64,000 nt of DNA, taken from positions 15,004,001-15,068,000 of the forward strand of contig OZ116699.1 of NCBI GenBank assembly GCA_964199315.1. The letters run 5' to 3'. Under the pieces are notes generated by a model that saw only the letters and a list, made by a program, of their open reading frames with translations, had not been told where the DNA came from and made no database searches. Below, piece after piece: positions 1 to 13,497 of the stretch (position 1 is the first letter of the stretch; each line of letters begins with the position of its first letter). The position numbers were made by a program, and so were the translations under genes. This DNA is from Orbicella franksi. Taxonomy: Eukaryota.

Positions 1-51
1 GGTTGCAGCCTGCGATCAAACAATGGACTATTGTTATTAGCATTTGGAGGT

Positions 52-200
52 AAAGCAAGAAAGTCTTTAGGTGATCGAGCATTTGCAGTGACAGCACTGA
101 GGATATGAAACAGACTGCCATTAGAAGTTACAGTAGAATTGAACTGAATATACATGCTAATCAGTTTAAGCAGTTTTTAAAGACGTATTGATATCAGGTT
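52..200 (+). mobile_element. 3' end of a CR1/L2-type LINE ORF2 (degenerate)
   Basis: Translates as KSLGDRAFAVTALRI*NRLP...FKQFLKTY, matching the GDRAFS.AAP.LWN.LP...FK..LKT motif at the end of CR1/L2 ORF2 (W mutated to stop). A (TAT)n tract follows downstream. Confidence 0.7.
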
Positions 201-333
201 AGCTTCTTTATTGAATTTTCATCTATTTTTTGTAATTTTTAGCAACCATTGTCAATTAGCAACTTTTAGGATTAATTAGTTTTAGTTTTTATGATGTAAA
301 GAGCACTTGACCATTTCATGGAAAGTTGTGCTA

Positions 334-410
334 AATAATAATAATAATTATTATTATTATTATTATTATTATTATAAATATTATTATTATTATTATCATC
401 ATTATTATTG
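334..410. repeat. (TAA/TAT)n microsatellite, possible LINE tail
   Basis: Run of aataat/attattatt directly visible. Confidence 0.85.
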
Positions 411-1088
411 TTAAATATGATTAAACATAGTTACGTGATTATGAGGAGCATTGAAGAGGTGTTTTGTTGGTGTTTGTTAGCATTCATAGGCATTTGTAAG
501 TGTTTTATAACATTTTCTTGGTGCCAGTGGTTAGCGTTTAAAGCGTCCTTCAGTGGTTGGGGCTTCCAGGTGTGTCTTGGTATGTATTCTGTGGTTAGTG
601 GCCCTTTTTGGGTCCATTCCACCACTGAATGGTCAGCAGTCTCAGTTGTTGAGTTCCCAGTCTTAGCAACAGTCAGCGTTCTTCTCTGCGGCTCACTGAC
701 AGGCTGCTTGCATCACATCATGCTCAAATTACAGTTTACCTCATATGTTGCATTGTACCAGGCAGGTGTTTTTAAACTTTCTTTGCGTTTTTTCCCCTCC
801 CAACCCTCCTTTTTGTTAGTAGTTACAGGTTATTATTTTACTTTTCTGCTGAAATTCTTGTTTCAGTGTGACTGGTGCTTGGGTTCTCTGCAGTTGTGGG
901 GGGCTCGTGGCTGGGTTGCAGGCAGTGTCTGCCCTGTAGGTGGTCTTACATCACAGGGCTGGGGTTACAGGGCATGTGTTGGGTGTGTTTTCCCGGGGCA
1001 CCTAACCTCCAGTTGCGACAAATGTTGTTAATTATTATTATATTTTCAATAGAGTCTCACCAGTATAAAATTTAATATCTTATTTCAG

Positions 1089-1571
1089 AGCATCTCATGG
1101 CACAAAACAGATGTCAAAGGAGGAAATTACAGCTTGTTATGGAGAAAAACACATATGGACAGATTTTAACAGCCTGGAAAAAAATCCCATTCAGCACTGT
1201 ATGTCAGATTTAATTTCCCGTGGATGATAGTGAAGCACTTTGACACATGCATGATTTCGGCAATGATTTAAGTAGCGATGTCAGTGCAAGACTACATGTT
1301 CTTGAAAAAAATTAGTAAATCTCATCATTCATTTCTCTGATGGTACTTATTTGGAATACTTGTACATGACTGTATAAAATGGTAAATATTTTTTTTAGCC
1401 ACACATTTTCTTTTTTGTTACAATTATTAATTTGGGAATGGATAGGGTACCATGCTGGTACAAGTATGGTAATATTAAAACTCAAATGGAGTACTAATTA
1501 ACAATTAGACCTGCAGCCTGCAAGGGCTACGGGTCAATAGCCCATGAGGCGAAGCCGAATGGGCTATAGAC

Positions 1572-1605
<34 letters not shown>

Positions 1606-4600
1606 TAGTATCACCCAACCAGTCGGACAGAAAAGGCAGTAATAAAGTTTGCAAATGGAAGTTGAAGAAAGAAAGCGTCACGCTCGATTGCGCCAATTTC
1701 GCTACTCGAGGACTATTACTAATAGTCCCCTAGTAGCGTAGCCAATCAAAATGCAGGATTTGCATTCATCCACTAGTTGGGTGATACTTATGCTGAAGAG
1801 AATATTAACCTCTTACTAACTGAGTGGGAAGGCCGTACTGGGGAATATTGACCTGAGGTCGTGACAGTAGGGACCAAGTGCAACAACCCCCCTCCAAAAT
1901 GACAAAGGGCCAATGTTCCCCAGCACAGCCTAAGCAAGCTAGGTTCTAAAGTTTGAATTTGCTGGCTTTCAAAAACAAAACAAAAATAGACTTAGTAGGG
2001 ATGCACTCTAGAAGTGCCAGGTGCCACAGGTGACTAACTTTTACCTTTGAGCAACTAGAAAATCCTACTTTTTCAGACATATAAGCCTAAGTGCTGGGCA
2101 CCCAGGATTTCATGGTTAGGAACTTTTGTAGCCATTAGCAGACAACGTCAAACTTGGTGGCATGTTCGTCTTGATCCCTTTGTCTTTATTTATTTGTCTT
2201 GTAATTTATATAAGATCATATCAAGAGTTTTTGTGTCAACAACAACATTTATCTGTTATCTTTTTCCTTAGCTTCCGTTTTCAGAGTTTTTGAGAATTAC
2301 TTTGACCTTCCATTGGTGGTTATCTGTGCACGTATTGTGGACCTAATAGATAAAAAGGTAAAAAAATAGAGGTTATTTTAAAACTATTAGGTAAAACTTG
2401 TCAGCTTAATTGTTTTCAATCAGGGCTCGACACTAACTTTTCAACTTACTAGCCAAGTGGCTAGTGACTACTTAGATGTTACAAGGCAGCCAAAAACATT
2501 TTTTTTACTAGCCAAGCGTTGAGGTTGGCTACCTTATTACATGAAATTTTCATGACATGTTTAATTCGTGATTTGGTGGTGCGCCTATTTCGCGACACTT
2601 AAATTTGGCGATTTTGCAAAAATTTTGTATTTTGAATGACTTTAAACTTCACATTTTTGAGTGACACAAAATTTATTTCCTTGGCAATGTTACTTAAACA
2701 TGTCTTTGAATTTAGTAAACTGACTTTATCAAAGGTACAATAACGTCAAAAGTAACAAAAACGCAATGGCGGTACTATATGTCAACAGTAACATAATGCG
2801 TTATGTTCCCGACACTTACTTATTTGCGTCACTTTAATTTCGCGATTTTTTTAAATCACGAAATTCGCAAAATTAACGTGGTGCGAAAATTTCAGGTAGG
2901 TCCAATAACAGCAGAATTACTAGCTTGACTTGAAAGGACAACTCAAGCAACTCTCTTTAATATATAATGTTGGTAATTATACTGTACTTAAACTAGTTTC
3001 AAGAAAGTTCCAGGTCCCGAAAAGACTTTCAGGACTCTGTTTTTCTTTGAGACTTCCTTGGAAAAACATCGAGATCCCCAAGACGTCACTGTAAAAACTG
3101 TTGAGACTTCACAGACAGGCACCATAGAAATGTTTCAAATTAAAGCAAAACAACTATCTGAACAGTACTGTAAACTGTCGTTGGCAAAATACAACTACTA
3201 AAAATGGCTGATTTAAATTTCGAAGGAAATAGATCTTTCTCATCTAATTATTTCTGTAGTGGTAAGTTTGTAAGTATGCATACAAGAACAAATCAGCCAT
3301 GTATTGTTACGCTAAATGAAATGTTAACCCTTTACAGGTCCGCACTATTTTGGGCATGAAAAACATTTCGTACCAAAAAAGAGCATTTTTGTGTGCTTTC
3401 AGAAAATGCTGTCTTTTCAATAAAATTAACACATTCAGTTCCCTGTTTACATACCACTCAGTGAAAAGTAGACAAACTTAAATATGCATATGTGCTGAAC
3501 AGCACACGTCTGGTACCGTGATACATGTATGTCCACAATGAAATTCTGACTTTGTTTCCAAGAAAAGTGTAAATTTTGTGTTTGTCTCTCTTGAAGGAGA
3601 CAGAAACTAGTTCAGCCAATTTCATTTTGATGACTAGCCAAAGTGGCTAGTGGAAATCGAAAACCTGCTAGGGAAAACTAAATTTCTACTAGTCTGTGGC
3701 TAGTTAGCTACTGTAAGTGTCGAGCCCTGTCAATTAAACTTTTCAAATAAATATTGAATAAATTAATCTTTCTATCAGACTGTTATCTGTACAAAAATAA
3801 CTCATTGAGTCAGTTATCTACCTGGAAACTTGGTTGATAGAAAATGTAATATATTTTAATGTAAAAAGTATTTAAAAATACTTGTGAAGAAGTTAAATTA
3901 TATGATTTTGTTGTAATCTTCAATTCCTTTGCCAGAGTGGAAAACCAGAGGAATATAACTTTTGGCCTGATATAATTTTAACACTAAGACAAATCTTTAA
4001 TCCATCTTCCTTTGGTGGTAAGTTATTTTGTTGTATTAGTACGGTGACTTGTTTACAATATTGATTTCTGCATTTGTTTCCAGAATTTAATAATAATAAC
4101 ACTTGTACTACTTTGATAACAGTTATTATTAAGTTACCTGGCTCTTTCAATCCATCAGTGAATTGTAATCCTCCGTAGGAAAAAAGATGGCGAATGGTAC
4201 ATTTACCCATAGTCCTTAGCGCATGAAAACCGTAACAACGTTCATAAAAATGTACAGAAACATTATAAAATCTTCAAACCTAGGCTACTCAATGTCTTTA
4301 GTACAGGGACAAATATTGTAAAAATTTGGCTTTCTTTGTGCCTTCTAGTCTGTGTTAGGTTCGCAAGGCATTGTGGTAAAATGTACAGCTGCCATCTTTT
4401 TTCCCATGGTGGATTATCGTAATAGCAATTTCCTGAGTACATGTAGGTCAATATTGAACTTTGAAAAAAAATATTAACCAGAGTGCGTGTTTAATATAGT
4501 TAAATGAAATTTAACATAGTTAATGACTAGGAGCTAGTCTGGTCAGTAGCGTTTTGGCTGTCTGTGAGCATTTGGTTAGCGTTTGGTGCGTTCTGTAGCA

Positions 4601-7600
4601 TTTGATATAGTTCAATGAAATTTTACATAGTTTATGACCAGGAGCGAGTCTGGTCAGTAGTGTTTTTGTAGGCATTTGTTAGTGCCTTGGCCATCCATTA
4701 GCGTTTGTTTTAGCGTTTGGTGCGTTCTGTAGCGTTTGCAACAGTCATATGGTCGTGAGAGCCCTGGGGCTGACATTGTCCAGCGGTATTTTTGGTTAGT
4801 ACATGTGTTGTTGTCCCATGTGCTCGCAGTGTGTTCATCGCTCTGTTAGTGTGGCGTTGTGGATTGAATTATAGTTTAGTGGTTCTCAGCGTTCCCTCCC
4901 TATCCCCCCCTCTTTTTAGCTTTTTTTTCCACCAATGCCATCTGGCTTGAGTGTGACAGGTGCCTGTAGGGGGCTTGGCATGGGGGGCTCGTGGCTTGGT
5001 TGCAGGTTGGGCAGGCCAGTCGGGTGTTCTAGCACCTTGGGGATGTGACTGCGGTTGCAGCCCCTGGGCTTCATAGGCACCTTCCCTCCACTAGTGACTT
5101 GGGCATTAACTCACAAAAGAAAACACTCTCTTTGTGTGCTCATGTTCAGAATTTCCCTTTGCACCAGCAATGGTTACTGGCTAGAATATCATTTGCCAAG
5201 AAGGCAATGCACATTATGCAATGAAAGACCTAAGTATTGGATTCAAAAGGAATTAAAAGACTCGTGCATAAACTAGTGTGTGAAAACACAGGTTATAGTA
5301 CACTGTATGTGTCGTGTTTTGGGTATTAGAATTTGTGATTTGATTGATGACAATTTCTATTTGATGTTTATTTTTATAAATCTTTCTCTCCTTCTAGCCC
5401 AACAGGGATATTACTTTTCCAATGTGGTAAAAAATACATCCAAGTTTGTAAAACCATGTAGCAAGAAAATCATTGAGTGGATAAAATCTTTAAAAGGAGG
5501 AAAACAGAAAGTGTTTCTTCTCACCAATTCATTTATTGACTACACAAATCTTCTCATGAATTATGCAGTCGGGTGAGATTGTCCTTGTGATTCTTATATA
5601 ATTTATATAACTTAATTGAAACTGGTATTGACTATATTTTATGAGCTAATTTTGAATTGTTTTAGTAATACATGTAATAATGAAATATTGGTTTTTGATC
5701 CAGATTGAGCTGTGCTCTAGAGGCACTTGGTTGCCACAGACAATTGCTAACTTTTGCCTTTGGATGACTTGAAAACTTACTTTTTTCATAAAGCATAAGT
5801 GCTGGGCACCCAGGATTTCATGGTTAGGAACCTTGGGGCTACTTGTAATGTTTTTTTAGACAGCAGACAATATGTGAGGTTATGACAGCCAGATATTAGC
5901 CCAGTTCCTTTTTGAATGTTTATGCATTGAGATTCCTTCAAGGTCCAATTTAAATATGTAAAAAAGAGTGAGGCCCATTTCCAGCCATTAGTTGATCAAA
6001 CAAACTTGGTCAAGAAAGATTTTTTAATTTGGCATAAAGAGCACCATTTTTGTGCAGGAAATAGTGGGTAATCCCGAGTGGGCAAGATTTGGTTTATCTT
6101 GCCTCCTCGTAGAGCTTGCCATATATATAGTAGTGTGTATTTTGAATATTGTGGCAAGGTGTGACTGGCCAATTTTTCATTAATGGGTACAGTATCTATG
6201 TTTGTGAGAAGCCAGTTTAAATTATCTTTGGCATTGAGTGGTATCATGGGTTATTGAGGTTCACTTTTATGAATACAGGTATGCTCAAAATCAAAACTTA
6301 CAGCCTTAAATTACCCTGTGTCACATTGTCAACAGATAGCTCAAGTCAGCGAAATTCCTTTTGGATAACAACAAATATTCTATAATAAGTACATTACATG
6401 CTACCCTCAGCGTTTCTGTCCAATTGCCTTTTTCTGGTACCCCCTACACATACTGACTAGAGAGTTAACAATAAAAGTTGTTCTTAGAAATTCATATAAA
6501 GTATGTGTAGGCTGTAAGCTGTTGTGCTCTATTACTTACAGAAACCTTGATAAAGTTGTTAAATTTGTTTCAGAAAAGACTGGTCAAGAATGTTTGATAT
6601 TATTATGTGCATGGCTGGAAAACCAGGTTTGTAAATAAGAGCTAATAATCTCTTCTGACTGGTTAATTGAGGTTGATACATTTTCTGGATCTGCCTGTGA
6701 TGTATGAAACTGAGTTTATTTGCAGGGTATCAGGAAGATGATTTAATTACAGTCAAACCTCCTGTAAGCAACCACCCAAAATGTCAAGCCTCGGTGGTCG
6801 TCCAAGGGGGGTGGTCGCTTACGAGTCAATTTCGAGAAAAATTCTGTCCTTCCCATTGAGAAATTTCCGTCTCTTGTACTACAAAGGAATGCCATAATGT
6901 TACAACACCTTATTATTTAATTTACGCTCTATTATCTGTCAAGTGGTCGCTTACTGGAGGTTAAAAACAAAAGTTTTAGCTCTAAAAGTGGTCACGGTCA
7001 CTTACGAGAGGTGGCCGCTTACAAGAGGTTCCAAATACAGTGATTCGATTTGTCGCTGAGGAGATTCAACTGGTCGCTGAGGAGAGGTGGTCGCTTACGA
7101 GAGGTGGTCACAACCAGAGGTTTGACTGTAATTAAATAACTGGTGCACACAGTTGTATCAAAATCTTAACTCAGGGTTGCCACAGTCAGGAAAAAGTCAG
7201 GTATAAAAAAAACAAATTTCAAGGTCAGGGAAAAGTCAGGGAAAATCTTAGTTCAGATTGTCAAAGTCAGTGAAAAGTTAGGGAATTTAAAGTAGATGCA
7301 CTTGCAACATTGGCTGAGACATAAAACAAAATGGATTTGTTGGTTGAGTCAAATGCCATGCATTCAAAATCCTGTGAAAAACATAAAGAGATCAAAAATG
7401 AAGAGAAGACGATCACTATCGGTGGTCTGCAAAAGAAGCTGAAGCTACATGCAAAAGTGGATTTGGCTTATTTGGTAATTCACCTAATGCAAGGTCAGTG
7501 AAAAGTCAGGTGAGAGGGAATTTTTGGGTTCTAATGAGTGGTAACCCTGTTAACTTCCGTTTGTAGCCTACAGCTGTCAGTAGCCCCCTTTTCACCCTGA

Positions 7601-10600
7601 CTGAACATTGTATAAGTTATAAGCTTTGACTGTAAACTGATAAGGGATCAAACAGGATAATTATGATAATAATTATAATTTATTTAGTATCTGTTTTACA
7701 TGTTGTGTAATATTGTAACCTTTTAATTTACAGGCTTTTTCAAGTCAGACGAGCCTGATCTCCCAAAGTTTCACCTACTTGGTAGGATATACCTTCATGT
7801 GCCTAGACTTCAAGTAGTCCCTCTTTTACTTAGTCCATTGTGCATGACCATATATAACCTTGAGGAAAAAATGGCTGCGCAAAATCCTAGAGTTGAGAAG
7901 TGCGCCCCAGGATTTTGCACAGTCTATCATATGGCTTTTTTACCTTTCCAAGATCTCTGTATGTTGTGCTCAGCTTTGTTGTTTAAAAGCATCCCACCTG
8001 TCTTTTGGTTAAAGTTATCTCTTTAAATTTCTCTTCTACAGATGGTGAAAAGGAGGTCTGCACTGTTCAGGAGCTTAAAGAAAATACAACTTATAGCAGA
8101 GGAAATCACAGGGATTTCACCTCATTTCTCCAAAAGCAGACAAATCAGGATAATCCAAAGGTATTGAATATGGCAGTCCTTTTACTGGTTGCAGGCTTGT
8201 CAGAAGTAGCCAGTTGCTGGCTCCTCCACAATCTTATTAGGCCACTATGCTGGGCTATTTCACTGATTCTTTTGAACGAGATCATTAAATTAGCCACCCA
8301 CTTTGAGTGTTGGCATCAGTGTGTAGAAGCAAATTAAAGTCGCCTTCCCTTCCCTGCCCAAAAGAATTAACCTACATGTGTGCATTTGTTTTTCAGTCAG
8401 TTGATATTCCTTGCAAATTCTTAGGTTTTGTTCTTTGGAGATAGCATCAGGTCAGACCTGTATCCATCGGCAGTGTTTGGTGACTGGCATGTTATTACAG
8501 TGCTAGAGGAGATGGAGTCTGAAGGAATGGTCACTTGTGAAAATGAGGTATTGTGTTGTTATCGGTACCTTAATTGCCACAGATACTGCATTGCTTAGTT
8601 TCTAGTCAAGAGTAACAGAAAATAGATAATTTTCCTATTTTCGTAGGCCTGCAAAGGGATTCAGCCACACGGCCAGCTGCATGCACTGTACCCTTTGCAA
8701 ATATTGCTTGCCTAGTCGTAGAATGCATATATATATATTTTTTGGATAGTTACACAGGCCTGCAATGCGTGCAAAGAGCTGTAGTTACAAAGTTCCTGGC
8801 ACATATTGTTTCCTCTGCATTCATTATGTGTTGAATGCCCTAGACTATTTGCTCAGGAGCAAGTTCTTAAAGGATGACATGATTGAAGGCATGCGCTGTC
8901 ACTTCTGTCATTGTATCTTAAGTATACATTTAAGATATAGAAAATATGTACTTTGTTTCTATTACATTTTCATATAAATCTACTAGCGTTCAGTCACGAA
9001 TACCACTCGCTGATTGGCTATGCTACCGACTCTTTCATTCTGTTGAGATAGTGAGTAGCCTAGCAGTGTGCGCTTGTTATCAAAATGATGGTCAATTCTT
9101 TGTGTTTTTGAAGTATGTGTGAAGAGGATTTAAATAAGTTTTGAACAACTAGTGGATTTCTACTAAAACGATTAGACTCGCTTTCAATTTCTAGCATGGT
9201 AGTTGACTTGGGCTGTGCCCTTGTCAACTATCGCAAGATAGAAATCTCAAGCTCATAATCTAATTCTCTTATATTAATAGAAACAAGTGGGGAAGTTTGG
9301 GAGAACGAGATCTGCTGTGGGAACATGAGCCAACAGGTGAGTGTTTCCACAGCTTTTTCAAGTTCTCCCAAACTTCCACAAGTGCTTCCAGAACTTGATA
9401 GAAACACGGAGAACATGTTTTCTTATTTCTTTTACAAAATTCTGCGATGAAAAAAATTAACAACTTGGTTACTTTGATCATAAAAATGTAAATTGTCTTT
9501 GTTTGCAGTATCATTACGTCAAAAGATCGTGCTAGTTCTGTGTTTCTATCGAGTTTTAATATAAATCTACTAGCATTCTATCACAAATACTGTTCTCTGA
9601 TTGGCTATGCTACTCACTATCTATTCTGTGATAGATAGTGAGTAGTAGCAGTGTGCTCTTGTTAACAAAATGATGGCCGTTTCTTGGCATTTTCAAAGTG
9701 GCCATGATGAGGATTTAGATAAAGTCTTGAACAACTAGTAGATTTATTAACTGAAACAATTGGATTATTCACTCTCAATTTCTATGCAAGATAGTTGACT
9801 CGGGCTAGCTGCACCCTCATCAACTATCATGCAATAGAAGTCTCAAGCTTATAATCTAACTGTTTGACAGAAACACGATTTTAAACCAGTCGGCGCACAT
9901 ATTTTCTTTGGGCTATTTTCTAAAAACATATAGATCTCAGATTGGCGAAAAAGTGCCTGTCCTGTACTTATTGCGAAATGTGAATTTTTCCTTTGTTTAA
10001 AGGTAAGGTATGTTCTGTTTTTTAAGCAGTGCTCAGTTGAAGATGGTCCCAGATCAAAGAAAGCAAGACTTGTGATGCATGTAAGTTGAGTAGATCCTGC
10101 CTTGTAAATTATGTCATTCGTGGATGTAATCTAAATTTACTAATGATCACTCTGTACCAATTGTATTCCTATGCAATTTTAAGAACACTAACAGCATTGC
10201 TGTGCTTCTAAACAAGCCTGTAAATTAAATACTGTTTCTGAAATTCATCAGTTCTTCGCACTGGAAAGAGTTTTTGTGGTTGCCTTCTAACATAGGAGTT
10301 TGTGTATTATGAAACAGGGTCTGTAGAGTCAGTTTAAAAGCAATGTCATTGACCTGGCTTAAAAATCTGTTCAAAATGGAAAGTCCAAAACAAGCGAAAT
10401 TTGTTGTATTTTATGCTGGTATACATGTACAGCTGCTGGCAGAAATTACTGACTTCTTCATGATCTCAGCCAATTTGCTCTGCTGGCCAATAGAAAGAAA
10501 TGGAAAAATCAGCCACCTGCTCTGACAATAAAGCTGCTAACTTCAAGACTGTGACAACATGGAGTATCAGATAATTGAGCCATAGAGTGTGAGCATATAT

Positions 10601-13497
10601 ATTACGCACCATCAGTAGTCCATAACTGATGATGGAAATGGAAACTTTTGAAAACAGTTTCAGAAAACGCATTCAGAAAGTATGTATTTTTTAACGAAAA
10701 CGCATCAGTGTGGACAGGTGAAAACAAAATGACAAGTTGGTGAAAACATTTTGCTTTGTTTTGGTTGAGATGAAAACGGATACTTTTAAAAATGCATTTG
10801 TGTGCCAGGCTGGTACCATAGTGCATTCACATATATTGTTTAAGACAGATTTTGTGCTGGTGCAAAAAACCTGACTGTTTCTTTTAACATTTTCAGTGTA
10901 AGCATGGCCTAGGTATGTTAAGTCTGCATAAGAGCCAGGCAGGAGCTCATCCGGTTTCTGTAGCATGAAGTGACTAGGAGTACCGGTATTTCTACTCCCC
11001 ACAGGATTGAAAACTATTCCATCGCAGGGTTACCCCCACCATTAAGTTTGCCGGTACCCATTTATACGCCTGGGTGGAGAGAGGCACTGTGAGAGTAAAG
11101 TGTCTTGCCCAAGAACACAAAGCAATGCCCCTGGCCAGAGCTTGAACCTAGACTGCTCGATCCCGGAGACAAGCGTAATAACCATGAGGCCACCTGACCT
11201 CCCAAGCGTGACCTAAGTGGAGTTTTAATGACTTCTGCTGTCGGCCATTGAGACCATTGGACCTAAGTTTTATTAGAATAAAGATGTCAAATAACTGTAA
11301 TCTGTTCTTCCTCTTTGCGTAAGCAAATTAGCACTGGGGCATAATTACACCAGTTGTTTAAATATTTTTCACTTTTTGCTGCTGTGTTACAGAATGAAGT
11401 GTCCCTCAATCTGGTGTTACTTCTTTCCATTTCTAGGACATAGAGATTGAAACAAGCAAGGAAGAAGTTCTGTTATCAAATCAATGGGGCTCATTTTTTG
11501 TTCATGATCATAAAGCTAATCAAAATGGGGTCATTAATAACACATACACAGTGGAAGGAAATCATACCTGTGAAAAGAAAACTGTGAGAAGAGAAATGAA
11601 CACATACTGGGGAGACCTGATACAGAAATATAGCACTTTGGCAATTCCACGGATAGATTTTATCACCGGTAAGCTGATTCCTGTGCATTAAAACAACAGG
11701 GGTTTAATTAAGGGTTGGGCACCAGGCAAATTGACCAACTATGAGCATGATCTTGCCCCCTGGTTTGACCATCGAGAGGAAAGTCTTTTTATATATATAA
11801 CAAAAAAGTTCAGTTCAAAAAGGTTTGCCTGCTTGTGAAAACCAGTTGCCCACCTGCTAAAAACATTAATGAAACCCCTGGAACAATCCACTAGTGAAAA
11901 TGGTCTTTTAAAAAACTACTATCACATTTTAAGACAAATAAAATCTAAGAGGAAATCAACTATTTTTAAAGTAAATAATTCTGACTTGTTTGAGTGCTGC
12001 AACACATGTTCTTACTTATTTTTCTACATTACATGTACTAGCTTGTGTTGAGTTACATATGGGAAGGAGGTGACATGCATGCATACAGCCGCAATAGGTC
12101 TTTCTTCCTGTACCCTAATTGACTTCCACACCTACTATGGTTGATGACAATTTGGAATTATAACCTGCTAATCTGTAATTGCAATGAAATAGTTATGTGT
12201 AGTCCAGATAAAGAAAGATCAGGACACCTGGCCATGAATATAGCATTTGGCATGTCAGTGCACATAAGACTGAAATTATTCAAGGTCTACTCAAAATTAG
12301 GTAGACATTCCACTTGTTCAGCCGATTGAAATCACTTCAGGGAGCATACCACAAATAAGGCATCCTTTAAACTCTATTATTATATAAACACCAGTGAAAT
12401 ACCAGGATTTTTCCTTTTACTAAAAGTCATATCTTCATCGCACACAGTGAAGATACTATTTTTATCTTTCACACTGTGAAGATATTATTCCTTTTTGATG
12501 ACATTTTTCCTTTGTCCCGTTAACTACACGTAAATTTGTTGATGTATGATCAAAACATCTTCGGATCTTCTTTGGTCGTCTTCAGCAATCTTCAGTAATT
12601 AATCTTCGGAAAATGTTTGAAAATGTTCATCAGGCCTTCGGAACAATTTTGGAAAATCTTCGGAAATCTTCAGAAAGTGGTCGGAAATCTTCAGAAAATC
12701 ATCAAAAACATCGTCATTAGTATGTTTATTTAGTAAACAGAATATTACATGCCTGCTTGTTTTTTCTCATGTTCAACACTATCTCACCCATTTGCTGCAC
12801 TCCCTTGTGAGATATCAAGTTGAGCACTTGAAGATAAAATTCGTATACACGCATGGGCATGTGATATCCTCTGCATGTATTATATGGCTTGTGTTTGTGG
12901 CCGATATAACGTACACTGTGACTGGCTAATTCTAGGGCATTGTTCTCCCGTAATGCCCACAGGCCAATTACAGGCTTGCAAAAAACAAAGCAAAAAGCAT
13001 ATAATAAACAACTTATTAACCTCGAACATTCAGTCGCTATGGGAGAATCTCAAACCTCGGGCCTTGCTGTATTGACCTTGCTGTCGCTCAGTCAATACGG
13101 CAAGGTCTCGGTCTTAGATTTTCCTGTAAAGTCCTCGCTCCCAGTTAATAAGTAGTTAGAAATAATTGCCACAAAATGAATTACAGCGAAACCCCACTCT
13201 ACGGACACCCACTTAGTACGGACACCTGCTTCTAACAGACAGTTTTCTTTGTCCCGACAACTAAAAAGGTAATATATTTTCTCTTAAATTAGCCTGCTTA
13301 ATATGGACACCCAGATAATCCGGACACTTTATCATGTCCCTTTGGTGTCTGCATTAACGGGTTCCACTGTATTTGTTAATTAAATACACATTGTTTTTGT
13401 CTTTGTCCCAGAACTGCCACTGGATTACACATTTGAACCCTTCAGTGTTTCAAAAGGAGGATTTTTCCCAGGAAGTCCAAAATCTCTTCATTGGTGA
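1089..13497 (+). CDS. NT5DC1: 5'-nucleotidase domain-containing protein 1 (HAD family), 5'-partial, 11 exons in window
   Basis: Exons: 1089-1198 (ASHGTKQMSKEEITACYGEK), 2272-2357 (FENYFDLPLVVICARIVD), 3936-4017 (YNFWPDII), 5398-5572 (GYYFSNV...FLLTNSFIDY), 6574-6626 (DWSRMFDIIMCMAGKP), 7734-7781, 8042-8160 (YSRGN), 8425-8547 (VLFFGDSIRSDLYP...WHVITVLEEM), 10027/10030-10080, 11437-11668 (QWGSFF...YSTLAIP), 13412-13497 (ELPLDYTF...GFFPGSPKSLHW*). All have GT-AG ends with consistent phases. Peptides are colinear with vertebrate NT5DC1 as recalled (ASHGTK, YFDLP, GDS..SD, WGSFF, ELPLDY). Confidence 0.93.
1505..1790. mobile_element. Palindromic non-autonomous repeat (long hairpin plus inverted repeats)
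   Basis: ttagacc...ggtctaa encloses caagggctacgggtc-aatagcccat / atgggctata-gacccgtggcccttg. tagtatcacccaac (about 1606) is inverted to gttgggtgatact (about 1775). Confidence 0.65.
2421..3729. mobile_element. Non-autonomous hAT-like element with 5-bp TSD (hAT5-type)
   Basis: 14-bp perfect TIR cagggctcgacact/agtgtcgagccctg, flanked on both sides by TCAAT (2416-2420, 3730-3734). Subterminal actagcca/tggctagt repeats. No transposase ORF. Confidence 0.75.
6750..7128. mobile_element. Tc1/mariner-pogo-type MITE
   Basis: TA|cagtcaaacctc ... gaggtttgactg|TA, with internal gtggtcgcttac repeats. Confidence 0.8.
7172..7549. mobile_element. Non-autonomous hAT-like element with 6-bp TSD (hAT6-type)
   Basis: TIR cagggttgccac/gtggtaaccctg, flanked by TTAACT on both sides (7166-7171, 7550-7555). 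Internal aaagtcagg repeats. Confidence 0.75.
8975..9950. mobile_element. Two adjacent copies of a dispersed non-autonomous repeat in an NT5DC1 intron
   Basis: aaatctactagc...ctgattggctatgctac...gatagtgagtag...ttgaacaactagt recurs at about 8975 and about 9563. Confidence 0.6.
10915..11203 (-). mobile_element. tRNA-derived SINE
   Basis: Minus strand reads ggtggcctcatgg (A-box-like) ... ggttcaagctc (B-box-like) ... gtgttcttgggcaagacactttactctcacagtgcctctctccacccagg, the conserved central domain of a widespread metazoan SINE group. A more decayed copy lies near 24090-24120. Confidence 0.8.
11697..11880. mobile_element. Short CAGGG-ended MITE
   Basis: caggggtttaatta / taatgaaacccctg termini. Flanks aaacaa / gaacaa (6-bp duplication with 1 mismatch). 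Confidence 0.55.
13184..13369. mobile_element. Tc1/mariner-type MITE
   Basis: TA|cagcgaaaccc ... gggttccactg|TA, with internal ggacac repeats. Confidence 0.7.

Noticed and set aside
408-1031. 207-aa plus-strand ORF
   Set aside because: Starts at TTG, has a G/T-biased composition and no recognisable motif. It shares gggggctcgtggc...ttgcagg text with the repeat at about 4980, so it is repeat-derived and intronic to NT5DC1.
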